Source: Bigelowiella natans CCMP2755
Taxonomy: Eukaryota > Protista > Cercozoa
Assembly (NCBI GenBank): GCA_000320545.1
Contig: ADNK01000571.1
Coordinates: 1 to 64,000, forward strand
Reading direction: 5' to 3'
Length of the DNA: 64,000 nucleotides
The position numbers and the translations under genes are program-made. The notes beneath the pieces are model-generated. The model was given only the letters and a program-made list of their open reading frames with translations, was not told the DNA's origin and searched no databases. Positions 52,625-64,000 of the stretch are shown here, piece after piece; positions within the stretch are counted from its first letter, which is position 1, and each line of letters starts with the position of its first letter.

Positions 52625-53555
52625 CTAGCAGCCATACTTCTTCCGCACACGTGCAACCTGAAAAAATAGGAAGGTGGAGAGAAAGAGATAGGAGAGGATT
52701 GTGATCAAAACTCTCAATCCTATCCCGTGAATGCTCATCTAGTCATATTCCATGCCATACCAGCTCCCATTCTTTGCCCATATTCTTAGTCATCAGTCGG
52801 GAAATATTTGCCAGTTTTTCAGGCGCTCTTTCCCGGTATATTGACTCCAACTACGAAGGGGGTTGTCAGGGAGAACGTTGAAGAAGACATTGTATCCGAG
52901 TGAATTTGTATTGGCGGCGTGTGTGTGTGTTTTGTATGTCTATGTGATGATGTGTAAAACGATGACCTCCCTCTGAGCCATCTTCGCAGCCATACGCTGC
53001 CCTTCATCACTCACTGCATCATTCGTGAGCAAATGCGATACGAAACTCAGAGAATATCCATGCATGTGAACGAAGATGTATATGGAGGAAGACGGTGCTG
53101 TCTTGACCTGCAAATGTTCGTTTCGCATCTTGCGGTAACGAGCTGGACGTCGATTGCCGAGGAATGCTGCAGATAATTACAATTAGGAAGGTGGGATGTG
53201 ATGGGAAATAATAGATGGATCATTGGGGGGGGGGGGAGGGAGAGAGACCCACACAATTATGCCCCTACCCCTCCCTCCCTACACACACACTCTCAAAACA
53301 CGCACACACACACACACACAAAATGATATCACCTCTGTGATTTCCGAACACGAGAGGTGCCTCCTGAGTAGCAACAATAATGGTGATGATGACGACAGCG
53401 ACAATGAGATGACGAAAAAGTAGCTTTGAATTCAAACAGCACACAATAGTGATACTCAGATCAAAGAAGAAACGCTTTGGAAGAGCGCAGGAACAACCTG
53501 CAGCTCCCACTTCCACAGCCTTCTCAAGTCGACCAACCACCACGCCACAACTACT

Positions 53556-53591
<36 letters not shown>

Positions 53592-54679
53592 ACCTACTAC
53601 TTATATTCTTGGTAATAATAATAATAACAATAATAGTAGAAAATTACCTTTAGTACGAGGTCGTCGAGAGAGGGACGCCGACCTATTGTACCTCTTGCTG
53701 CCCGTAGCCATCGAGGCATCATCCTGCTCAATTACAAAAACGTGCGTGTGTGTGTGTGTGCTGTTGAATGAATGAACAGACCGAGGTTATTAGATTAACC
53801 TGCTCTTTCCAATATACGTGCTTGTGTTGTGTATGTGTATCGAGACAAGCGAGGGGGGGGGATGCAGGGAGGGAAGAACGCACCTCCTCAGAATAGGCCC
53901 TCCGTGAAGGCAAGGGGCAGTTAAACCTTGTGAAAACATTTGTCATGGTGTAAGGATAATGAAATTTCTACCACTAGTAGTAGTTGTGGCAGTAGTAATA
54001 GTAGTAGTAGTAGTAGTGGTGGTGGTGGTGTATTGAAAATAAAGGAAAGAGAGAGGGAGGATGGGGGGGGGGGGGGGAGCTGTATGGCACGTTGGTTTAC
54101 TACTACGACGGAAATACCTTTTAGTGGACGACGATGGGTCATGTTCTATGTTTATTGTATGAGACTGGTTCTAAGAGGGGGAGAGAGAGAGAGAGAGAGA
54201 GAGAATAGAGAAAGAAAGGTAGGAGAGGAAGAGAAACGACGAGAAGTAATGTTAGAGAACGGAAGAGAGAAACATATGATAAGAATAAAACTTAACGCAA
54301 TCAATAGAAACAAATTCCTTATATGACAAACTATTCATGGTGTGATGATGATGATGATGATGATGATGATATTGTTGCGTTGATGGCGCGCATGCCAACT
54401 CTGTGAGAAAAAACTGCTCCTGCGAAGCCGCTATAACTCTTTCTCCCCTTGATTCTTTTCCCAGCATCTATGTGGCTTGTGGGTATGTTGATCTATACGA
54501 TCCCTATCGTAACTACGACTACAGCAGCACTGGTTCTTATTCTCATACCGTTCGCCTGGTGTCATCGCTACTGGGGCTTGGACGTGCACCACAGCTCAGA
54601 TTAGCGTGGGGTGATGGTTTGCTGTTTAGTTGTTGTTGCACGCAAGGTTGAACAACTGTCCATGAAACACAAACCCACT

Positions 54680-54717
<38 letters not shown>

Positions 54718-55035
54718 GACGCACGCACATGTACGGACGTGCATGCATGCGCAGATGCAAAATACGGCCACACTCAAACGGAGCGTCTCATCTACCGCAG
54801 CGACACATCATGAGCTCAATTCAACTGCTGTACCCTGCCCTTTCTTTCTATCATCGTCACCATCACCATCAGCAACATCATCGTCATGGAAAATATGGTT
54901 GAATTGGCGTTTGCTACAATGCGGAATCCGAGCTAGCTCTTGACGGCATTCGTGCACTAGCCTCGCTATTGTCACGAATGGGCAGCCTTGCAGGAGCAGA
55001 AACCCGCGGGGAGTTTCCTGCTGCAATTATAGTTC

Positions 55036-55072
<37 letters not shown>

Positions 55073-55133
55073 TACGTGCGTTTATGTGATATGCGAATGC
55101 AACCATGAGGATTATCACTGTCCATAGTATGCG

Positions 55134-55168
<35 letters not shown>

Positions 55169-55530
55169 CGTAGCTCGGGAGGGGAGGCAGCTTCTTCGGC
55201 GATGGCCACAACCTCGACGGGTTTGAGCGCATGGTGGACACCAAATCCCTGAACGGCGCGGCGGCGTATGGGGTGGGGGAGACGATGGTGCTGGTTAAAT
55301 AACCGATTTTTCCAAAATCTTCGGGAGAAAGAAAAGCGCTGCGTAATGATGGGGAAGGGAGCTTCATCGTCACATCATCGCGGCGTTCTCTCACCATTCA
55401 CGCCCTTTGTATTTCAACAGCAAACTGGGCACATGAGACAACTTCGAGGGATTGAAATTGCGAACGAGCGCGAGCAGCTGACAGTGATATTAGCATATAG
55501 ATGAGTGATAATGATGATGGTTGATGATGA

Positions 55531-55563
<33 letters not shown>

Positions 55564-56163
55564 GTGTAAACGATGATCAGAACACCGGTAACGGTGGTTT
55601 TCTTTTGTATGATAGCTACACAATTAGTTTGTACAAAAAATGCGAATTTGTGGTCGTCGTCGTCTTCGAACCTCTCTTCTTGCCAGTGTTGCAGACCTTC
55701 ATAGTGGTAGCGAGCAGCAGCGACGTCGCCGGCATTGCAGCACAAACAAGCACAAAATGCCAAATAGTGACGCAGGGAAACGTAAACAAAATACAACAAC
55801 AACAATAACAACAACGACGACGACGACGACGATAATGGCTGCAAATGTCATCCTCAACGACCGACAGCACCGATATTTCTATTTTTACGGCTTATCTGCT
55901 ATTTATGAGCCGTCGCGGTGAAGTGCAGTGGGTTTCCTACATTTTGTGCGCTGCTTCTCCTCCAACCAGGTCTCTTTCGACTAGGCTCACACCTGAGGCT
56001 CGTCATCATCATCATCATCATCATTATCGTCATCATCATCACCATCGTCGGCACTAACATCATCATATCGTCTGCTATTGTTGTAATAGGACTATGAAAG
56101 AGAAATTAGCTCGAAGTGGTGTGAGGTTTTGGGTATGCAAACTCCGTTGATGTGGGAGGGGGG

Positions 56164-56215
<52 letters not shown>

Positions 56216-59080
56216 ATCCGCGACTCTACTATCATCTCTGCTAATCTAATAAAGCAAAACCATTGATATTTCGCCGGGAAGGCAAACTCTTCCCTCGTGA
56301 CGTCCTTGGCTGAATTGATTCAGGGTCACGCAACAATATGAAACAAAGAACGCATAATTAGGACATGCACGGTATGGTTCCCTCCCGCTTCTTAGTAGTG
56401 TGTGGCATCATTCTCTTTGCGAGAAATTTCAGGGAAAACGACGATCCGGATCGCAGACATTCTTCAACGAAATCAAGTGCCCTACTACTTACTGTAGGGG
56501 GGGGGGAAGATCACTGGTGTTTTTTGCACCGGTGATATTTGGGAGAAAACTCTATATTTTGATATTTATGGATGTTTGAGAGTTCTTCATAAGAAGGCAA
56601 TAAAGGAGGACAGGACTAGCAGCAGCAGCAGTAGTACTTTCTTCCACTCGCCGCTATCGTCCTGACTGTGAAGCCCCGTCATCCCTCCCGCGTCCTCTTT
56701 GGGTCCTTTTGCTCTCCCCCTTCCTTGCTTTCGGGAGTCTTCGATTGGAGGGGTGAAAGAGCCTTTATTGGGTGGTTGACTCCTGAGAAAACACAAAAAT
56801 GCAGTTATGCACACACACACACACACGCACACACACACACACATACACACACTACGCACGCACACTACACACTACATACTACACACTCACATGCTGAATA
56901 TTTCTGATGATCTGCATACCCTCTCCTCAACATTACATAAAGAGACTACACCACCATCATCAGCTTCCTCCATGGTCTTCGGTCCCGCCCCTCTACCTCC
57001 CCCCCTCCCCAATCGTCATCAGTATCAAACACCAATCATTCCCATCGTCGTCAAAGTCATCATCAACCAAACCCAGGAACCTGGAGCGGGCACTGTCGCG
57101 TATTTTCCTCAGGGAATTCGGAGATTCACTGGAGAGCCTACGCAAATCGAGCGGTCCGATGTGCCTGGGAGGGAGGCGTAGGAGGCGGGCCTTGTCGCCG
57201 CCCCCTCCTTTCCCTTCGTCTTCCTCGACGCTGCAGCTTCTCTCTTTCCTACGCGGTGTGGTGATGGAACGGGTGCTCGTAGATGACTCCAGGTGGGACA
57301 GATGCATGCCCCGTGGAGATCGACGACGTCGAGAAGAAGCAGCGGAAGAGGGGGGGGAGGGAGAGTGGCCATGGTGGTGGTGGTGCTGCTGCTCCTGTGA
57401 AATAGATGATAGATCGAATCTTCGAGAATCGTCGTTTTGGTCGTGGCCACCCATCGTCTTTCCAGCTGCTACCGCGCCCTCGCCCCGCTTTGGAGGGCTG
57501 CTCTTGCTCCTTGGACGGCGGGGGATGCCTAGTCCTCCCTTCTGCTCCAAATCGCAGGGAGGGGAGGGGGCAAGAGGGTTGAGGAGAGGAAAATTGCTTT
57601 CAGAACCTTTGCCTCCGGCGGTTGCATTTGATGTTTCCGCAGCCGCCGCCAACGACATTCCGTCGGAGTCACGAGGATGTGACTGTTGTATCGATGAAGA
57701 AGACGAAGAAGAAGGAGCCAACGGCAAGTGCCTATTTGCGAGGTATACGAGTCTCATCATCGTCCTCATCGTTCGAGCAAGAAGCATATAATGAGCGCTA
57801 TTTTTGCTCTCCGCCAGCACAACACATTCACCGCAACGCATGGCATACACCCCTGCTGCACAACGCAAGACTCACCTGTCAGATGATGGCATTGAAGCCA
57901 ATTTCGGTGATTTAGACAACGGCATTGCCATTGCCCCCCCCTTGGGTGGTCCTTTCCCATGATTGTCGGAGGTGGGGGCTGGTAGTTTGAGCTTGGACGA
58001 CCCTTGCCGCCCTATTCGCGACGTCTTTGCTATTATGTGCTTGTGTAGCGGCTGAATGTGTGTACTGTAGAAACACTTCTTCGGATTACCAACCTGCTCG
58101 CGTTGAGAAGAGGAAGAGAGTGGGGAGGGATGGGGTGGCAATCAAATAATGAGGCGAATAAAATATCTGGCGGCCACCATTTCTCCCCCGCCTCCCCTCT
58201 CTCTCTCTCTGTATGCGCTTATATTTCAGATTAGTAATGGCTGTCAGTGCTATTTCCGGCGCTGGTAGACAAGAATGGGCATGGAATAACAACGACACCT
58301 TGGCCACCATTTCAAGAGACATCTTCATCGACTCCACATCCATGGGGAATACCTTTTCAGGAGAAAGAAAAAATAGAGAAAGGAATAAGGAAAAAAATAG
58401 TTTATTTGCTGCTGACTATTCTCTTCGTCATCACCATCATCTTCATCATTATTATCGTCTGCAACATCATGTTGCTTGGCCTCCCCCCCCCCCCTCCCCC
58501 CCCGGCCTAATTCTTTACCTGCTCAAAATGACCAAACTTGCTCGGATCGCAGCCAAAGTTCCCTCCGTAGCCTCTGCAGTAGGGGAAGATGCGGACGTAA
58601 GACTTAGGAGATTTGCACTCGCATCATATCATATATTTGGTATGTTAAAAATGTTCTCTTTTTCCTCTTCTCCCCTCATTTCCTCTCCTTTCCTCCTTCC
58701 GTCGCAAAATTGTGCATCCATACTTCACGAAGTCTTCGATAGCCTTGGTGTCTCCTGCGGATGAATAAATAAAAAGCAGCAGCACCGGTGAGTGATCATA
58801 TATGGCTGTGAGAAGGAAGAAGATGGTGGCGACGTAACAAAGTAGCGCAGAAATCCACATGTCTCCTTGTTCTTGTTTGTTCAAGATGATTGTAAGCTCC
58901 GCTTCCTCCTCCTTATGTCTATGATCCGAGCCCTGCATCTTCTTCGTTTATCACGTTCCCTTCTCCTCCCCCCCCCCTCCTTACTCTCCTCCTTCGCTCC
59001 CTACTTCGTTTGTAACATACCTCTCGCTTCAAACGACTTGATTCTACGCAGCATCCGCACGGCCGAACCCTACGGATATG
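52625..59080 (-). CDS. Multi-exon coding region of unknown function; probably the C-terminal extension of the TTLL gene, or a separate gene
   Basis: Long low-complexity exon 56993-57790 plus smaller GT-AG-bounded exons such as MKMSLEMVAKVSLLFHAHSCLP and GFLLLQGCPFVTIARLVHECRQEL. No recognised family. Confidence 0.45.
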
Positions 59081-59159
59081 ATCATCATCATTAACATCAC
59101 GAGGAGGAGGGGGAGGAGAAGGAGGAGTGGGGGAGGCAGTGCCGTTCATGGAGGGACAC

Positions 59160-62100
59160 AAACGATCGGCTGGCGCATGGCTAGCACCAAAAAAAAGTTC
59201 CTCAAAGTCCCTCCTTGCTATGTTCGGTCAATGTTCTTCTGCATATCCCTGGCACCGCGTGTGCAATTGCCATGTACCAGAAAGAGAGGGAGGGAGAGGA
59301 AGGTGGGGGGTCTGACCTGGGAGGAAGTCCTTGAAGGACCTGGAGGAGCGCCACGAGACGCCTTTAATTACGGGAGAGGACAGCAGGTGAAAAAGAGAGC
59401 AGCCAGTGGTTAGATTATTAGTGCGATCACTGCCAATAAGACTGGTGGCACCACACTCGTTCTGACCCTCTCGTCCATGCGTAGAAGCGCACACAGATTA
59501 TCGAGCAACTCCGTCTTCAACTGCACATCTAGAGCTGGGGTGGGGGGGGGGGGGGGCAGCCACAGAGATCAGAGTGATAGCAAGCATCGACGAAGACAAG
59601 AGAACGCGCTCAAGATGCTCCTCCTCGTATGAAGATTCATCTTGGAAGAAAGAGGAGAGACGAGGGGGGGGGGTAGTGGTAATAGTAGCAGTAGCAGCAC
59701 TACTAGTAGTAATAGCAGTAGTAGCAGTATCACCATCTGAACTATCTACTGCTATGCTACCCGTTGTCATGTTCAGAGAGGGTTCCATATTGACTTCAAT
59801 CAGATGCAGGTTAAGCTGCGAGAGACATCCGCCAACAGTAGGAAGGAGCACGAGTCATCAAAGATCGTAAAAACCGCTAGCAGCAGCAGCAGAGCAGCAG
59901 CGGCGCCGACGACGAAAAGGGAACGCATCATGGCAAAGGGAAGGGAGGCGATGACAATAACTTAAACAATTCCCCTCTACATAAGAAGGTTATCAACCCG
60001 CGAGGGTGGGAGGTTGCTCAATGGAGAAGCTAGGAAAGACCAAAACAACTCATACCTTGGCGTCTATGAAGATATCAAACCCCAATAACTCGAAGCAGGA
60101 GCTGTATTCCCCGCACTGATGAACGGCAGAGGAATTGTCAACAAAGGATCTCTGAGAATTCCCCCCCCCCCCCCCCCCCCTCCATTCCCTATCCTAGACT
60201 AGAACGGTTCGATAGGAAATGTGGCAGAGCAACTTTCGCCACCAGAGCTGTGAAGAGATACTATGGCTGTCGATTTGCACCTCGGTGTGTATCTCTCACG
60301 TTGGGAAGTAGAGCGGGAAGGTAATGCAAAGAACATGAATTCATCGGTATTTTCGCAGTCTAGCCGGTTGATCGCATCTCCTTCTTCTTCTTGTTCACGC
60401 TCCTACTACCTCTCCGATCAGAATTGCTAATGTTCTAGTCATGAGCGATCGCATCCCCTTCCACATCCGTGAAGGGTTCACTCTGGAAGGAAGAGGATGG
60501 GAAGTGTGGGTTGCGCGTGAATTTCCGCGAGATACGGCGATAACAACTTTTTGGTTTGGAAGGGAGGGGGGGGGGGGGAGAAAATATTCGTGGAAGCCAC
60601 GGGAGGACTTCCTCTCTAAAGGAGCGCCACTTCAACGCTGCTACGACGACGACGACGACGACTACCCGTTTTTCTCCATATAGTCCAGCAGCATCTTTAG
60701 CGTCCACTTGCACGAAGAAGAAGCAGAAGCTGCAGAGTTATGCAATTCAGAAGACGCGGATGACTCCATGGAGGTCCTTTCTGTGTTGTCTCCCCCCCCT
60801 TCAGTTTTGTGCTCTTCTTGCGCTTGTAGCACATCGTTACTAGCCGTCTTAGTGACAACAGCCTTGTTCTTCTTGTTGATTGTGAAGTTCGTGAGATGTG
60901 CAAAGAGATTGGAGTGCTCCGCACCGTCGTAGCTACCAGCACCATGATGGAATATAAATGATAGTGATGATGATGATGATAATGATAATGATGAGGTGAT
61001 GATGTTAAGGTTTATATGAATTATTGTACTAAATATATAACCCAACCACCCAACCCCCCCCCCCCCCCTTCCTTCCCATGTTCTTCTATACTAAAATTTC
61101 AAGAGTTGGGTTTTTGCTGATACTTCTCAGTACTGAGACGGACGAGCCCCTTCTTGTACACCAAAGCATTGAACGGCCACGTGCTCGTTATCTTTCATCA
61201 GAAACAAAAAAATAATAATATTGATAATAATTACCGCATAGAAACACGGCCTAACGACAATCATCGTACAAGTCCTCATATATCTTATTTCGCATACATC
61301 CGTGCTGCTTCCATCTTTGAAAACACACGCAAAGGGTCATTGTAGATAATAAGAGCCACGCAAATTCTCGTAGCAGCAGCAGGAGGAGCAGATGTATCAC
61401 TGTTGAGCACGTGCACTGTACCAGGGCATACGTGCGTACGTCAAACTTCTTCCCCCCCAACAAGTACGGCTTCGCAAGATACCTACACGTACAGAGGAAG
61501 AGAGAGGGGAGGGGCCAGGGAGCGGCGATGAGAGCTCAAACGAGAAAGCATTCCGACAATTGAAGCTCTGGATGCATCATATACTTATTTTTCGTTTGCG
61601 CCATTCATTCCTCTATCGCCTCTGTGTGGCGTGTGGAGGGGTGGGGAATGTGTGTGCATGGATATCTCTCTCGTTCGTTGGATCATCGTAATACCGCTGC
61701 ACGACCCATATACCGTAGCTCCCAAATCTTAAGCCCCCTCCTCCTCCTCCTCCTCCTCCTCCTCCTCCTCCTCCCCCATTTTCCAAGGACGCAGGATTTC
61801 CGCTTTTCTTATTATCACCCTTATCCTTTCTCCGTCCATCAGCAGTTTTCTTCGCCGACCCTGTTTTCGTCACCGTCGTAGTGGTCCTCGGTACCTTCTT
61901 AGCGGCTGAGCTTCCTTTGCCTATGATGCTGCTGCTCCTTCTCCCAAGCCTGCTACCACCACTACCAGCAGCACCTGTTTTGCTGCCCAACCTACGCACG
62001 CTACCTTTCCTCTCGAGCCGTTTGGCCTTCGCCTAAAGTATTTCGAAACAACACAATTGGCAGATGTGCGAGGGAGTGTGGAAGTACAGGGGACACACAC

Positions 62101-62576
62101 ATACACACACACACAGGGAGAGAGAAGGGGGGGGGGGGGGGGTAACATCTTTCTCGTTTATCATCCACCGCAAATCACATAGATAGGCAAGATGAATAGT
62201 GCAGTATGCAATTATTCTCGAGGAACCAACAAATATTAGGTGTGCTATCTCTTCTTTCCTAGCCTCCTCTCCCCTCCCCCTTTTCCCTTTACCAGGGCCT
62301 TCTCCGCCTTTTCCTTTTCCAATAGCTTCTGGTTCTCAAGAAGCTTGCTCTGAAGCTGTGGCATTAAGAAATACGTGTTTGCATAAGAGGACAAAATTCG
62401 CATAAATTCCGTAAATTTGTGTAGTTATTCAGCCGCAACTGAGAGATGCAAAAGGTATGACCTCATCGTAGGAGCGAAATAGAAAGATACCCCTTCCACG
62501 CGATAGACGTGCTGGCTTGCAGATGTAGAGTGGTGATGCCTTTCATCATTAGTAGTTGTGCGTTGTGAGCTCACGT

Positions 62577-62621
<45 letters not shown>

Positions 62622-63852
62622 CGGAGGATCTATCGGCCCTCGCAGTGCTATGTTCTCGTGTTGGTGGGTAAAAGAAAGATACAGTGTTGGTGACAATACT
62701 GGTGGAGTTAGAGCAATAATGAAAACGTGAATGACGACGACGACGACGACGACGATGATGATAAAGAAGATGATGATGCATATAAACCTTCGAGCTAAGC
62801 TTGTATTTCTTCTCTTCCGATAGGAGCAACGTCTCAATCTCATTGGCCTTTTCAACGCACCGTAGAATTATGCATAGTGGGGGGAAGAATACTTCAGAAA
62901 AATGTTGGGCGAAAACATGCACGCTCATACGCGATGGCAGAGGAGAAGCACCTGTGTGGGCAGCACCCAGGTCTTTGGAACAAAAGCGTACGATGATCCG
63001 AACTTTGATCTCATTTTCTGAGGAGACAACATTGGATTGTCATGTGGGATGCATCATCCTTAGGATACTACTGGCCCTAATCATCGTTGGTAGCTTTTTA
63101 AGAGGCGAGATGATGATGATGATGATGATGATGATGGTACTACTACCTCCATGTTCTTTGCCAGAAGGTCTTTGGAGGTCACGCACTGATAGCATACAAC
63201 ATACGTGCATGCGTGGTGAGACAACGACACACGCTCTCTGAAGTCTCGATGGACTATCTTATTTGCTATCGGGCGAAGGACCTTTTGGCCGTCAAGTTTA
63301 TTCAGATACTGAAATGCCTTGGAGTTCTACGGTTGATACCAAAATCGTGTGTGTTTTTTGTGTGTGTCTGTGTCTCTTGGAGGGGAGAGCCTGTATTAAT
63401 GTGCATGTGAGGATGAGAGAGGGAGGGAAAGAGAGAGGAGAGAGAGTTTAAGCTCTTGTGTGACCTCATAAACGAAAATGGGGAATCGTTTCGTCTTCCA
63501 CCATAGGTGCCAGCCTCTATCTTCATCGGTTTTTTCATTCCACACACGCCAGCCTCTGTCTTTGAAGTATTGCCTCACCTGGTTTGGAAATAGCCGATCA
63601 TCTATCATCGTTCACTATGACCACCATTCGCTCATGCCCCCACGTCCCTCCTCTCCACCATCCTCACACCAGAAAAAATGATGGTTTTAAGCTTAAAATA
63701 GCCTCATGGGTGGAACCCGTCGGTGAGAGCTCGAATACAAAACATGTAATAACAAGGAGAATGATGTATGTGACCGAAGACTCGACGATTTCGCCAAAAC
63801 GCACGATCTTCTCCCCATTTTTTTTCCTCCTCCTGCCTCCAGATGAACGCAT
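59160..63852 (-). CDS. Tubulin-tyrosine-ligase-like (TTLL) ATP-grasp protein
   Basis: RGWRVW...WHLWWK, WVVQRYLAKPYLLGGKKFDVRTYALV, GLVRLSTEKY, AHLTNFTINK, KWTL, CFELLGFDIFID and LIEVNMEPSL. Confidence 0.9.
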
Positions 63853-64000
63853 CGAGGCCGATTAAATACGTATATCCCAAGAATCCCGATCCGCTCGGCT
63901 CCGGGCTTTCACGGCCGCAGAGAGGATCAGTATGAGTCAGGGGCGGGGGCGGTAGTCAAGGGCTTCGCTGCCGGGCAAAACTCCAAAAAGTCGGTAGGAT

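Noticed and set aside
56907-57791. 294-aa plus-strand ORF
   Set aside because: Antisense shadow of the GC-rich minus-strand exon at 56993-57790.
1-64000. tRNA/rRNA genes and non-canonical splice sites
   Set aside because: None recognised by eye, and the introns checked were GT-AG. A tRNAscan/Infernal run would be needed to exclude small RNAs.

Overview
Gene-dense, intron-rich eukaryotic nuclear DNA with microsatellite-laden GT-AG introns. A signal peptide plus Arg/Ser-rich transit-like leader on a FAD4-like gene suggests an alga with a secondary plastid, possibly a chlorarachniophyte (inference). About 16 spliced genes were read by hand and exon and terminal coordinates are approximate. They are a compact MYCBP2-type RING-Cys-relay E3 ligase, a FAD4/TMEM189 desaturase, SPCS1, a DH-PH RhoGEF, a NIPA-type transporter, a GT4 glycosyltransferase, an SDR, V-ATPase subunit e, uL15m, p24/TMED, an ankyrin protein, OTU1, a TTLL and several hypotheticals. 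One young, internally deleted Gypsy-type LTR element (7818-9230, TSD TGTC) carries a Dam-like adenine-methylase domain behind the integrase C-terminus and a 42-nt U5 segment complementary to its own PPT/U3 junction. The most striking signal is four intergenic tracts (about 7457-9893, 17866-18415, 25243-25675, 48491-49387) that have lost almost every TpA except in CTAG or CTA contexts. This looks like a localized TA->CA/TG hypermutation process running opposite in direction to fungal RIP. The LTR element sits inside one tract and still has abundant TA.
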